63,211 bases of DNA from an uncultured Candidatus Poseidoniales archaeon. Its GTDB lineage: Archaea > Thermoplasmatota > Poseidoniia > Poseidoniales > CAYMED01. Made by a program: the position numbers and the translations under genes. This document shows, piece after piece, positions 1-9,498 of this stretch (positions are counted from its first letter, which is position 1; the number at the start of each line of letters is the position of its first letter). The notes under the pieces are model-generated. The model was not told where the DNA came from. It saw nothing but the letters and a program-made list of their open reading frames with translations, and ran no database searches. The DNA lies in NCBI GenBank assembly GCA_964389655.1, contig CAYMED010000015.1:1-63211 (forward strand), given 5' to 3'.

Positions 1-129
1 TCGTCTTCTGAATCATCTTCGTCTTCTGAATCATCCTCGTCTTCTGAATCATCTTCGTCTTCTGCATCATCCCTGTCTTCTGCATCATCCTCGTCTTCTG
101 CATCATCCTCGTCTTCTGCATCATCCTCG
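1..129. repeat. 18-bp tandem repeat (TCGTCTTCTG[A/C]ATCATC[C/T]), about 7 copies, coding for acidic hexapeptides
   Basis: Contiguous units start at 1, 19, 37, 55, 73, 91 and 109; in frame within the EF-hand CDS. Confidence 0.95.
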
Positions 130-641
130 GATGTCTCATCAGTGGCTAGGGACACACGCGGAACTCCATGTTCGTCAAAAACAGCTTCTAATTCAGTAAG
201 GTCAATTTCACCATTGCCATCAGCATCGAGTGTTTTGATTAGACGTTCAATTTGTGCTGGTGGGAGGTCTGCAAGTCGCAATTTTAGCAGTCCATCACGC
301 ATCTCTTCAGTACTAATCGCTCCAGAGTCGTCAGCATCCAGTTTCCCGAAAAGGTGACGCACGCTGAAATCATTATCCTTCATCCAGTCAGCCAGTACAG
401 CCAGCATATCATCTGCGACAAATAACACTCCGCAATTGGCACAGGATGTCGAATCTAGTGGGATAACCGCACCACATGAGCCACACTCGCCGAGGTGTTC
501 GTCGACTTCCTGGCCCCCGAATTTCACATTACATACCGGGCACTCTGCAGAATCAGCAGGAATGCGCGAACTGCATCTTCCACATTCGGCCATCGGCGTG
601 CTGTTTTCCTTTTCCTTTTCCTCAGGATTAGCGTCTGCCAT
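1..641 (-). CDS. Double zinc-ribbon + paired EF-hand protein with acidic repeat tail (3' end runs off the window; absent from ORF track)
   Basis: Manual translation from ATG at 641: MADANPEEKEKENSTPMAECGRC..CPVC..CGSC..CANC..KLDADDSGAISTEE..TLDADGNGEIDLTE..(EDDAED/EDDSED)n, open to position 1; two canonical 12-residue EF loops. Confidence 0.85.
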   Translation of the reverse strand, partial: MADANPEEKEKENSTPMAECGRCSSRIPADSAECPVCNVKFGGQEVDEHLGECGSCGAVIPLDSTSCANCGVLFVADDMLAVLADWMKDNDFSVRHLFGKLDADDSGAISTEEMRDGLLKLRLADLPPAQIERLIKTLDADGNGEIDLTELEAVFDEHGVPRVSLATDETSEDDAEDEDDAEDEDDAEDRDDAEDEDDSEDEDDSEDEDDSED

Positions 642-752
642 GTTGGTCCCCCGAATACGTGAATTACCTTGTGCGTTTAATCGTTGGGCGTCATGGCTGT
701 TATAATCTTAATTCGGCGAGGGGTTCAAGGGCCTTCGGCTATTAGAGGTGTC

Positions 753-1649
753 ATGGTACGGTTATCCGATTTGATCGGGCGCCTGCAAAGCATTCCTTTC
801 GATCGAATACGCGCTAGTGATCTAGAAGCGGTTGAAGAGGCATGTTTGGCGGATGCGATATCCCTCCGTATTGTTGCGAGAAGACCACCTGATGAGTTGC
901 TGTATCGTCTCCAGTCCGATAATGTTGTCATCCATTGGCTAACATCAATTGATCACCCATCTGCGATCGCCCCTGATGTTGAACAAATACACCGTGTGCT
1001 GACCTCTCCCCTGACTAAGCCAGAGATTGTTTGGTTTGAGGGCCTAGAAATGCTGAATGCAAGAGCTGGTTCCCAGCGCGTACTTGCATTCATCCGTCAG
1101 TTAGTTGATGATCTAGAAGGTACCCCTCGCGGTGTGATTGCCATATTTGACCCACTAGCTTTTGACCCAACTGATAATGCCCGACTTCGCAGAGAGGCAC
1201 CTTCTCTCGACCGCATTCCAAATGCACAGGTAAAGCCTGTAGAGGCAATGCCCTTGGATGGGACAGATACCCAAATTGTTGGAAATTTGGGTGAACCACA
1301 ATTGGTAGAGGGGCGTCTTAAAAGCCTGACGCGCCTTTCACATGTGAGTGGCGAAATCCTGCGCGAACGCGTTCTAGCTTGGCGGAAAATGGGGATTGAT
1401 ACCTCTGAGATTGAACCAGCCCTTCATTATCCCCCTGATGAAATGAAAGAGGCAGTCGACTTGATCGAGTCAAAAATAGATCGGGCGATTGACCTTGACC
1501 GGCGCGTCGATCTCGTCAATCGTATGGGTGAAACAAGTTTGGCCACCATCATGCGGTTCCGCCTTCGCCAGTTGACTGGCCTTGATGAAATTGAGCAGCA
1601 ACTTGACCGAATGCTTGAAGCGTCGATAGAGAGGGGCAATGAAGGTTAA
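753..1649 (+). CDS. DUF835-like (degenerate RecA/KaiC-fold) domain protein with helical C-terminal region
   Basis: IHWLT..IVWFEGLEML..LAFIRQLVD..DPLAF resembles DUF835; GAGGTG RBS-like element before ATG 753. Confidence 0.6.
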   Translation: MVRLSDLIGRLQSIPFDRIRASDLEAVEEACLADAISLRIVARRPPDELLYRLQSDNVVIHWLTSIDHPSAIAPDVEQIHRVLTSPLTKPEIVWFEGLEMLNARAGSQRVLAFIRQLVDDLEGTPRGVIAIFDPLAFDPTDNARLRREAPSLDRIPNAQVKPVEAMPLDGTDTQIVGNLGEPQLVEGRLKSLTRLSHVSGEILRERVLAWRKMGIDTSEIEPALHYPPDEMKEAVDLIESKIDRAIDLDRRVDLVNRMGETSLATIMRFRLRQLTGLDEIEQQLDRMLEASIERGNEG

Positions 1650-3232
1650 TCCCCACTCTCATTTTTGCGTACAATATCGAGGACCTCATCACCATTTAGG
1701 AGCATATTTGATAATCCTATGAGATCTTTTGACAATGGCCTATCTCCTGCAAGAGGCTCCACAATTTTGCGCACTATTCTGATTACTTCTCGCACTCCAT
1801 CACCTGCTGACTCTTCAGCAATGCGTAGTGCTTCAGAAGCAACTACGAATTCGACAGCTAGTACCTCGCTCATCCGAGTTAGGGCTGTACTGAGGCGGTA
1901 GGCAGATGTGGCGGCCATAGATACATGATCCTCCTGACCAGCTGATGTTGTCGCGTTTAGGATGGAAGCCGGTCCTGCATCAAGTTGCAATTCGGCCAGT
2001 GCAGCAGCAGCCGCATAATGTGCGATCATCAATCCAGACTCTAAGCCAGGGTTCTTGGCAAGAAATGCGGGAAGTTTACTGATGCTCTGGGTCAGCATAA
2101 CATTCGTTCTTCTCTCGCTTATTGAAGCCAGTTCTGCAAGTGAAATTCGCATTAAATCAGCTGCTTGTCCAAGTATTTCCCCATGGAAATGGCCACCTGA
2201 AATTATTCTTGATGAATCTAAGTCACCTGATTTTGGAACAAAAATAAGGGGGTTGTCGGTGGCTGAATTTAGATCAATCTCAGTAACATGCACCAACCGG
2301 TCTAGCGCTTCATGCGCAGGTCCATGGACTTGGGGAGCACAACGAAATGAGTACGGGTCCTGAACTCGGTCACAGCCGGCGTGGGATGGAATAATTGCAG
2401 AATTAGCTAGCATTTCTCGAACTCTAGAAGCAGTTTTTGCTTGACCTGGGTGGGGGCGCACTAGATGAAGGGCAGCGTCATGTGGAGATGCCGATCCCCT
2501 GAACCCCTCTATGGAGCAGGCCAAGGCAGCATCTGCTGCTCCAATTAGACGCTGAATTCCTCTCACTGCTTTAGCTAAATATGCGATTTGCTGGCTCGTC
2601 CCATTGAGGAGTGATAATCCCTCTTTTGCCCCTAATATGAGTGGTTTTATGCCTGCATTGGAAAGTGCAATATCAGCCGAGAGCCGTTTCCAGCCCGCTT
2701 CTTCATCATCTACATCGACAAGTCCTTCGCCAATCAGCGCTAGGGCAACATGGGCAAGTGGCGCTAAATCCCCTGATGCTCCTAATGAACCGATCCTAGG
2801 AGTGACTGGTGCTATGCGTGCCTTAACACAATCGAGGAGTGTTTGAACAACAATTGGTCGCACACCTGATACTCCTACTGCAAGACTATTCGCTCTAGCA
2901 AGCATCATTCCCAATACATCAGGTGGGTCCATGTCTTCACCAAGCCCACAGGCGTGTGAGCGAACTAGGTTGAGTTGCAATTGTGCGAGTTCGGCATCTC
3001 CAATCCGCTGATTTACAAGGGAACCGAATCCCGTATTTACCCCATATAATGTATCGCCGCGTTCGATCATCAATTCGACTGCTTTTCTCGATTCCTCAAG
3101 CTTTTTGCGAGCCGATTCCGATATCTTCGCAGTGCATCTTCCTTCTGATATGTCAAGCAAATCAGAAACTTTCAGGTCAGCACCGTGGATCTCAATTGTC
3201 CTGATCACAAGTCGCGGAGGAGACTCTTCCAC
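1646..3232 (-). CDS. hutH: Histidine ammonia-lyase
   Basis: YGVNTGFG, MIO-forming GSLGASGDLAPL, VQDPYSFRC, GQEDHVSM motifs. Confidence 0.97.
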   Translation of the reverse strand: MEESPPRLVIRTIEIHGADLKVSDLLDISEGRCTAKISESARKKLEESRKAVELMIERGDTLYGVNTGFGSLVNQRIGDAELAQLQLNLVRSHACGLGEDMDPPDVLGMMLARANSLAVGVSGVRPIVVQTLLDCVKARIAPVTPRIGSLGASGDLAPLAHVALALIGEGLVDVDDEEAGWKRLSADIALSNAGIKPLILGAKEGLSLLNGTSQQIAYLAKAVRGIQRLIGAADAALACSIEGFRGSASPHDAALHLVRPHPGQAKTASRVREMLANSAIIPSHAGCDRVQDPYSFRCAPQVHGPAHEALDRLVHVTEIDLNSATDNPLIFVPKSGDLDSSRIISGGHFHGEILGQAADLMRISLAELASISERRTNVMLTQSISKLPAFLAKNPGLESGLMIAHYAAAAALAELQLDAGPASILNATTSAGQEDHVSMAATSAYRLSTALTRMSEVLAVEFVVASEALRIAEESAGDGVREVIRIVRKIVEPLAGDRPLSKDLIGLSNMLLNGDEVLDIVRKNESGD

Positions 3233-3256
3233 ATCAAGCGCACCCCCCTTGGCGAA

Positions 3257-5281
3257 TTATTTGAGAGCCGATTCTACAAGTGATGCATCAGCAGGGTGCG
3301 GCAATGTAACTTTTAGTTCTGAATCTTTGAGCATTGCTTGTTGGATTGTGAATAACGCACCTTGATTTCGAGCCCACGCGCGCCGCGCAACGCCGTTGTT
3401 TACGTCCCACCCCAGCATCAACTGTATTCGCTCTTCGCATTTATCAGTCCCATCGAGCACCATGCCAAATCCTCCATTGATGGCTTCGCCCCATCCCACT
3501 CCGCCCCCATTGTGGAGACTGACCCACGTAGCTCCTCGGAAAGCATCTCCCACAAAGTTGTGAACAGACATGTCTGCAGTAAACATCGATCCATCTCGAA
3601 TATTTGCCGTTTCTCGATAAGGGCTATCCGTACCTCCTACGTCATGATGATCCCTTCCTAGAATAATTGGGGCAGATATGCGGCCATCATTGATGGCATC
3701 ATTGAATGCAAGTGCAATTTCCCTCCGTCCTTCAGCATCGGCGTAGAGAATCCTGGCCTTGCTTCCAACGACCATCTTGTGTGTTTTTGCCTCACTGATC
3801 CACAGCAGGTTGTCAAGTACTTGTTGCTTGATCTCAGGGCTGCATGTTTTTGCCATTGAAGTTAGGACACCAGTTGCAATTGCATCCGTGGTATCGAGGT
3901 CACTCTCAGATGCTGATGAGCAAATCCATCGGAATGGTCCGAATCCATGGTCAAAACACATGGGACCCATGATATCTTCAACATAAGATGGGTAGGAAAA
4001 TTTAGTCCCATCCGCATTCATCACATCAGCTCCCGCTCTGCTTGCCTCTAGCAAGAATGCATTTCCATAATCCCAGAATGCCATTCCCCGCTTGCTCATT
4101 CGTGAAATTGCATCAGCATGCCTGACTAGGCTAGCTCGTACCAACTTTGCAAATTTTTCTGGAGATGCTGCAATCATTTTTCTTGCTTCCAAAAAGCCAA
4201 CTCCAGTGGGATAATATCCCCCTTTCCAGGGATTGTGAAGGCTTGTTTGATCGCTGCCTAGATCTACGTGTATTTCCCTTTCATCTAGTCGCTCCCAAAG
4301 ATCAACGACATTTCCGACAAATCCAATGCTAGTTGCTTTTGCCTCCCGCTTTGCTTGAAGCATTCTGTCAATTGCTTCATCAACATCATGCGTTATCTGG
4401 GCAATCCATCCTTGATTGTAACGTTTTGTAGCCGCATCAGGATCGATTTCAGCAATAATACATGCGGCTCCTGCAATTACTGCAGCTTTAGCCTGTGCAC
4501 CTGACATGCCCCCAAGCCCTGAACTAACAAAGGTGGTTCCAGAAAGTCTCTGATCAGCTGACCTTTTGAGATAAATTCTTGCAGCATTGAGGAGTGTGAT
4601 TGTAGTTCCATGAACGATCCCTTGGGGGCCAATGTACATGTAAGATCCAGCAGTCATTTGCCCGTATTGAGTGATCCCCATCGCATTTCCACGTTCATAG
4701 TCGTCATTCTTGGAATAATTTGGAACCATCAATCCATTCGTGATCACAACACGTGGTGCATTTGTGTGAGATGGAAAGAGGCCTAGTGGGTGCCCAGAAT
4801 ACATCACAAGGGTTTGGCTGTCTGTCATCTCAGAGAGATATTGCATCGTCAACCGATATTGTGCCCAGTTTTGGAATACTGCCCCATTTCCCCCATATGT
4901 GATCAGTTCATGTGGATATTGAGCGACATTTGGGTCGAGATTGTTTTGTATCATCAGCATCACTGCCGCCGCCTCTCTTGAACGGCAGGGATATGCACTA
5001 ATTGGGTGAGCTTTCATGGCATATTCTGTTGGCCGAAACCGAAGCATTCGTATCCGTCCATGTTTCCGCAACTCTGTTGCAAACTCAGTGGCTAGTATTT
5101 TGTGCTGATGTGTGGGGAAATATCGCAATGCATTGGACAAGGCAAGTTGCTCCTCTAATGGATCCAGAGCGCTTGGTGAAGTTGGGGCATGTGCTACTGT
5201 GTCGTCGAATAGAGGTGGAAGTGGTAGTTCCTCAGGTATGCCTTCGCCCACGTGCCTGCGAAGTTCATCCCATTCGCCCAT
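3257..5281 (-). CDS. hutU: Urocanate hydratase (long, eukaryote-like form)
   Basis: YGQMTAGSYMYIGPQGIVHGT, GLGGMSGAQ, SDQTSLHN, GRDHHD, HNGGGVG motifs; start refined to ATG 5281 (track gives 5311). Confidence 0.97.
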   Translation of the reverse strand: MGEWDELRRHVGEGIPEELPLPPLFDDTVAHAPTSPSALDPLEEQLALSNALRYFPTHQHKILATEFATELRKHGRIRMLRFRPTEYAMKAHPISAYPCRSREAAAVMLMIQNNLDPNVAQYPHELITYGGNGAVFQNWAQYRLTMQYLSEMTDSQTLVMYSGHPLGLFPSHTNAPRVVITNGLMVPNYSKNDDYERGNAMGITQYGQMTAGSYMYIGPQGIVHGTTITLLNAARIYLKRSADQRLSGTTFVSSGLGGMSGAQAKAAVIAGAACIIAEIDPDAATKRYNQGWIAQITHDVDEAIDRMLQAKREAKATSIGFVGNVVDLWERLDEREIHVDLGSDQTSLHNPWKGGYYPTGVGFLEARKMIAASPEKFAKLVRASLVRHADAISRMSKRGMAFWDYGNAFLLEASRAGADVMNADGTKFSYPSYVEDIMGPMCFDHGFGPFRWICSSASESDLDTTDAIATGVLTSMAKTCSPEIKQQVLDNLLWISEAKTHKMVVGSKARILYADAEGRREIALAFNDAINDGRISAPIILGRDHHDVGGTDSPYRETANIRDGSMFTADMSVHNFVGDAFRGATWVSLHNGGGVGWGEAINGGFGMVLDGTDKCEERIQLMLGWDVNNGVARRAWARNQGALFTIQQAMLKDSELKVTLPHPADASLVESALK

Positions 5282-5339
5282 ATTGGCATTTCCAACGCAC
5301 AAGGCCTTCAATCCTGCCGAAGAAAAAGGTCAATATCGC

Positions 5340-5978
5340 TCATCCTGAGTCTTGCATTCTTCGTTCGACAGCGTCTAGGGCAGCAGCAGTTGCCTCCTTC
5401 CTTCCGAGTTCTACAGCCTCAACTGCTAATTGAAGGGGTTCAGAGATATTTTCTGGCAAGGATCCTATATTGATCCTAACGTTGAACAGTGCCCCCTGAC
5501 ATGCCGCATCCGCGAGTAAACAAGCCACTCCTACATCAGTAACAGCATTTCCATTTCCAGCAGATGCAAGTTTTGGCAACAGCCGAAGCAAATCAAGAGC
5601 CTTTTGGGCAGTTTCAAGCGGTACTTCTGCAGCGTATATCGTTGCAGCACGGATTTCATTCCGCCGAGTATTGAGTTCCTCTTCGGTATCTTTTGGAAGG
5701 GCGAATGCAGCCATAATTTGCTCAAATGCGGCCGAGTCGAGATCGGCGAGTTCCAACGCTCGATCCATCATGGGTTCTGCGAGGTCTCGGATCGCTTCTG
5801 CAGCCCCCCACCCACTTTTCCACTTATCTCTTCCGAGTGTGAGTTTACTGACCATCACAGATAGTGCAGAAGCATCAGCTAGTGCAACGGCGCATGCAGT
5901 GCCACCACCAGGCGTTGGCTGATCTGATGCGAGAGCACTGCTGTACGCTCCCAATGTCAGATTTAGAAAATGTGTCAT
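5340..5978 (-). CDS. Formiminotetrahydrofolate cyclodeaminase (FTCD C-terminal domain)
   Basis: ASDQPTPGGG, GNGNAVTDVGV, GALFNVRIN; ATGA overlap with upstream gene. Confidence 0.92.
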   Translation of the reverse strand: MTHFLNLTLGAYSSALASDQPTPGGGTACAVALADASALSVMVSKLTLGRDKWKSGWGAAEAIRDLAEPMMDRALELADLDSAAFEQIMAAFALPKDTEEELNTRRNEIRAATIYAAEVPLETAQKALDLLRLLPKLASAGNGNAVTDVGVACLLADAACQGALFNVRINIGSLPENISEPLQLAVEAVELGRKEATAAALDAVERRMQDSG

Positions 5979-7021
5979 GTCGATGCCTCCACTGCCCACT
6001 CAATAATCCTGCCTGATGCCTCAAATGGTCCCATTGAATCCAGCCCAAGCCCCTCTACTGCGGCCTCTACCAATTCGTCATCAGATGCATTGTCTGGATC
6101 TATGTGGTACCATTTTCCTGCCTCAAGGAAGCTGGATAGGGGTGCTAGTCCAACGAGTTCTGATCCTGCCGTTTTGATGCCGTGATCGGCCGCAAGTGAG
6201 CGAATACATTCGAAAGCATCATGGAGATCTGTAACGGAGATGTCTAGTAGATTCATTGAAACCTGGCTTATTCCGTGGGATTCCAATTGAATACCCATCC
6301 CCTGTACACAATCCAGCATGCCTGAAACCCGCATTTTCTTTCCACTTTCCTGCTTGATCAGGCGCCCAGAGCTGCGAACAATTGTACCAATTTTTCGAGA
6401 AACAGCCGCATCTTTTTCGTCTAAATTCACATTGTATGCGACAAGAATGGGCCGTGCTCCGATTGCAATCGCTCCTGATTTTGCCACATCTCCTGTCCAC
6501 GTAGTTGGGCCTAAATCAGGCAACCTTGTTTGTTCAGAATGAACCGAATCTGAATTTGAAAGGCGTCCTTTCAAACCCTCATACTGTCCCTTTCTAAGTG
6601 CGGATAGAACTTTCCGATCAGGGTGCTTTGCGGCATGTCCATAGAAATAGACGGGGATTGCGAGGTTTTGAGATACACGCTCACCAAGCCGAGTGGCAAG
6701 AGCGGCACACTCATCCATCGTACTATCTCTAAGTGGAATGAATGGACAAACGTCTACTGCCCCCATTCTTGGGTGTTCACCCTCGTGTTCTTGCATATCA
6801 ATGAGTGACTTTGCAGATGAAATGAGCTGGTATGCTGCTTCAGCAACTGGTCCCGGTAGACCCGCTAAGGTAACTACTGTTCGGTTATAATCGGCATCTG
6901 GTTCTGCAGATAGAACGAGGCACCCATCGACCCCTCTGGCTGAATTTACAATTTCGTCGATAAGATCACTATTCTGCCCCTCGCTAAAATTCGGGACACA
7001 CTCGACTAAAGGTGTTGACAT
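5975..7021 (-). CDS. ftcd: Glutamate formiminotransferase (FTCD N-terminal domains)
   Basis: LVECVPNFSEG, HEGEHPRMGAVDVCPFIP, GARPILVAYNVNL, QVSMNL. Confidence 0.95.
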   Translation of the reverse strand: MSTPLVECVPNFSEGQNSDLIDEIVNSARGVDGCLVLSAEPDADYNRTVVTLAGLPGPVAEAAYQLISSAKSLIDMQEHEGEHPRMGAVDVCPFIPLRDSTMDECAALATRLGERVSQNLAIPVYFYGHAAKHPDRKVLSALRKGQYEGLKGRLSNSDSVHSEQTRLPDLGPTTWTGDVAKSGAIAIGARPILVAYNVNLDEKDAAVSRKIGTIVRSSGRLIKQESGKKMRVSGMLDCVQGMGIQLESHGISQVSMNLLDISVTDLHDAFECIRSLAADHGIKTAGSELVGLAPLSSFLEAGKWYHIDPDNASDDELVEAAVEGLGLDSMGPFEASGRIIEWAVEAST

Positions 7022-7056
7022 GATGATGCGCTAAGCCCTTACTTCTTCAACACTTG

Positions 7057-8295
7057 TCACGCCCATAGATCATGCCTCGGGCTTCCTTTACGACGAGATT
7101 CTTCACGCTTTTTCTCAATCGTTGCCTGCGCTGCACGAATGTGCTTCATGGACACTGATTTTGCCTTCACCCTGATCGCTTCCATGCCGGCTTCGGTACA
7201 GAGTGCCTTGAGATCAGCGCCAGACCAACCCTCTGTCCGCTTGATGATCCAACTTTTGTCCACGGATCTAGTAGTGCGTATTGGTGAAAGGTGTATGTCC
7301 AGAATCGCACGACGTCCGTCCTCGTCGGGATATGGAATTTCTATAATTCGATCAAATCTACCTGGGCGCAATAACGCATCATCTAGAATATCTGGCCGAT
7401 TTGTTGCGGCGATAATTTTGACTCCTTCGAGTCTGACAAACCCATCAAGCTCCGATAGCAGTTGCATCAATGTGCGTTGCACTTCTCGGTCGCCAGATGT
7501 GGCGGAATCGAGTCTTTTGGCACCAATTGCATCAATTTCATCAAGGAAGACGATCGCAGGACTTCTTTCCCTCGCCATCTCGAATAATTCTCGAACCATT
7601 CGCCCACCCTCGCCAATGTACTTTTGCGCTAATTCTGACCCCACCATGCGTATGAATGTCGCGTCGCTAGATGCGGCAACTGCTTGGGCAAGCATTGTTT
7701 TTCCGCATCCCGGTGGTCCGACTAGAAGCACTCCCTTTGGTGGTTCAATCCCCATGTCAAGGAAATCCTTTGGGCGGCTAAGTGGCCATTCAATGGCTTC
7801 TCGTAACCGCTGTATTTGATCGTCTAAACCTCCTAGATCTGTGAATTTGTAACGTGGACGCTCGACTAGTTCGGCGCCCGATACAAGTGGGTCGCGTCCA
7901 GATTCCAAAATATCCATCACAGCTAGTGTGTCCTGATTGAGGCTAACTCGAGTACCTGGTCGAAGATCATTTATACTCAGGTGTGGATTTAAGCTGACAA
8001 CAAATATTGTGCCGTTTGATGAACGAACAACTGCCCGATCATGCTCCATTATGTCCTGAATTTGCCCCACAACAAGGGGTGGTGATTTGAGCATCCTGAC
8101 TTCATCATCTAAACGGGAGAGGCGCCTTTTCAGAGATGAAATCTCATTCTCAAGAAATACTTTGTCGCTCATCAGTGTTTGAGCCTGCTCACGTAACTTC
8201 GTAATCCTGCTCTCTAAACGCGATAATTCACGCCCTCCCCCTTCTTCAACTGGCGAAGCGGCATCCTGCCCGAACCCATCTACCTCAGTGGACAC
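7057..8295 (-). CDS. pan: Proteasome-activating nucleotidase (AAA+)
   Basis: N-terminal coiled coil + OB domain, GPPGCGKT, FLDEID, REVQRTLMQLL, LLRPGRFDR; start refined to GTG 8295. Confidence 0.95.
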   Translation of the reverse strand: MSTEVDGFGQDAASPVEEGGGRELSRLESRITKLREQAQTLMSDKVFLENEISSLKRRLSRLDDEVRMLKSPPLVVGQIQDIMEHDRAVVRSSNGTIFVVSLNPHLSINDLRPGTRVSLNQDTLAVMDILESGRDPLVSGAELVERPRYKFTDLGGLDDQIQRLREAIEWPLSRPKDFLDMGIEPPKGVLLVGPPGCGKTMLAQAVAASSDATFIRMVGSELAQKYIGEGGRMVRELFEMARERSPAIVFLDEIDAIGAKRLDSATSGDREVQRTLMQLLSELDGFVRLEGVKIIAATNRPDILDDALLRPGRFDRIIEIPYPDEDGRRAILDIHLSPIRTTRSVDKSWIIKRTEGWSGADLKALCTEAGMEAIRVKAKSVSMKHIRAAQATIEKKREESRRKGSPRHDLWA

Positions 8296-8407
8296 AAACA
8301 GAGAGGCGCTTCGGCCTCGTATAAAGCAGAACTGCTGCAAAGTGCGTTAGATAGCGATTCAGTCAACAGCACGCTGGATTGAAATGACCTTCCTCCATGC
8401 AAGGACT

Positions 8408-8950
8408 ATGAGTTCTTGCGAGGTATGTGGAGCCGAACGTGTAGCAGTTCGCCGTCTTGATATAGAATCCCGAGTAATGCAAATCTGCAAACAATGCAGT
8501 ACCCGCATGGGGCGTGAATGGCCAGAACCCTCTGCAAAGGCTTCTAGGAGTGATTCGAGGCAGTTACATAATCGGCAATCTAGGCGAAATCCTTCGAATA
8601 CTGGCCGCTTTTCGGGAGGCTATGGTGGTCGTGGAGAAGTGGGAAAAGACATCATGGCTCAAGGCGATAAAGAATTAGCAGATGATTTTGCTACAAGAAT
8701 TCGAGAAAATAGAATCAAAAAGGGTTGGGATCAGAAGAAGTTGGCGGGTCAAATTGCCGAGAAAGTCAACGTAATTCAGCGCCTTGAACAAGGTGTGCGC
8801 CCGACAGATTCAGTCATTCGAAAGCTTGAACGCGTTCTTGAAGTCAGTCTATATGTTTTGAGGAAATCAGACGCCGATACGCATCCCGGTGACCGGGCTG
8901 CGCTGAGTAGGGGCATGACTCTAGGTGATTTCATGGGACTTGATCGGTGA
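8408..8950 (+). CDS. mbf1: Archaeal multiprotein bridging factor 1 (Zn ribbon + HTH)
   Basis: CEVCG..CKQC ribbon; GWDQKKLA..EKVNVIQRLE HTH; TLGDF C-terminal motif; next to pan. Confidence 0.9.
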   Translation: MSSCEVCGAERVAVRRLDIESRVMQICKQCSTRMGREWPEPSAKASRSDSRQLHNRQSRRNPSNTGRFSGGYGGRGEVGKDIMAQGDKELADDFATRIRENRIKKGWDQKKLAGQIAEKVNVIQRLEQGVRPTDSVIRKLERVLEVSLYVLRKSDADTHPGDRAALSRGMTLGDFMGLDR

Positions 8951-9476
8951 GATCGTGTCCAGTGATAATGTGCGAATGATACACATCATCCACCTTCAGC
9001 AAGATGACCCCAAAAAGTGCACGGCTCTAGCAATGGGGAAGCGTGATTTAGCAATCATTCATAACCAATTATCCTCCCCCCGGAAAGGCATCCTGCTCGA
9101 TCCTTTGTGCGGTAAAGTCTTAGGCCCAGAAGATCGGAGCAACCTTTTGCCGATAATTGCCCTTGATTGTTCCTGGAAGTTACTCGAAGAAAGCATTGAG
9201 AAACTGCATAATCATCGTAGGCTGACGTCTAGGACATTACCTCTTTTACTGGCGGCAAGCCCTGTTTCTTGGGGAAAAGCAGGTCGCCTTTCTACAGCAG
9301 AGGCGATAGCGGCAGCACTCTATATTCTAGGCGAACCCGATCATGCATCCCGTATCCTTTCCGCAATTCGATGGGGGGATCAATTTCTAAGCCTCAACAA
9401 AAAACCACTTGACGCATATTCGGGAGCAGCAACGTCTGAAGAAATCATTCAGTTACAATACGAATTTTTCGGGTAA
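8925..9476 (+). CDS. tsr3: rRNA aminocarboxypropyltransferase Tsr3 (DUF367)
   Basis: DDPKKCT, LDCSW, RTLPLLLAA, LSTAEAIAAAL, WGDQFLSLN; true start probably near 8976. Confidence 0.92.
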   Translation: MISWDLIGEIVSSDNVRMIHIIHLQQDDPKKCTALAMGKRDLAIIHNQLSSPRKGILLDPLCGKVLGPEDRSNLLPIIALDCSWKLLEESIEKLHNHRRLTSRTLPLLLAASPVSWGKAGRLSTAEAIAAALYILGEPDHASRILSAIRWGDQFLSLNKKPLDAYSGAATSEEIIQLQYEFFG

Positions 9477-9498
9477 TTACAGCAATTAGTCTGCCGTA

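Noticed and set aside
1-129. Repeat array as a possible CRISPR
   Set aside because: Units are contiguous 18-mers without spacers, lie in frame in a CDS, and no cas genes are present.
7139-7819. Long antisense ORFs (e.g. 7139-7819, 24041-24619, 23480-24040)
   Set aside because: Ser/Arg/Ile-rich shadows opposite well-conserved genes with no motifs; the same applies to most short track ORFs.
7057-8950. pan-mbf1 adjacency and the exosome/proteasome superoperon as novel systems
   Set aside because: Both are well-known conserved archaeal gene neighbourhoods.
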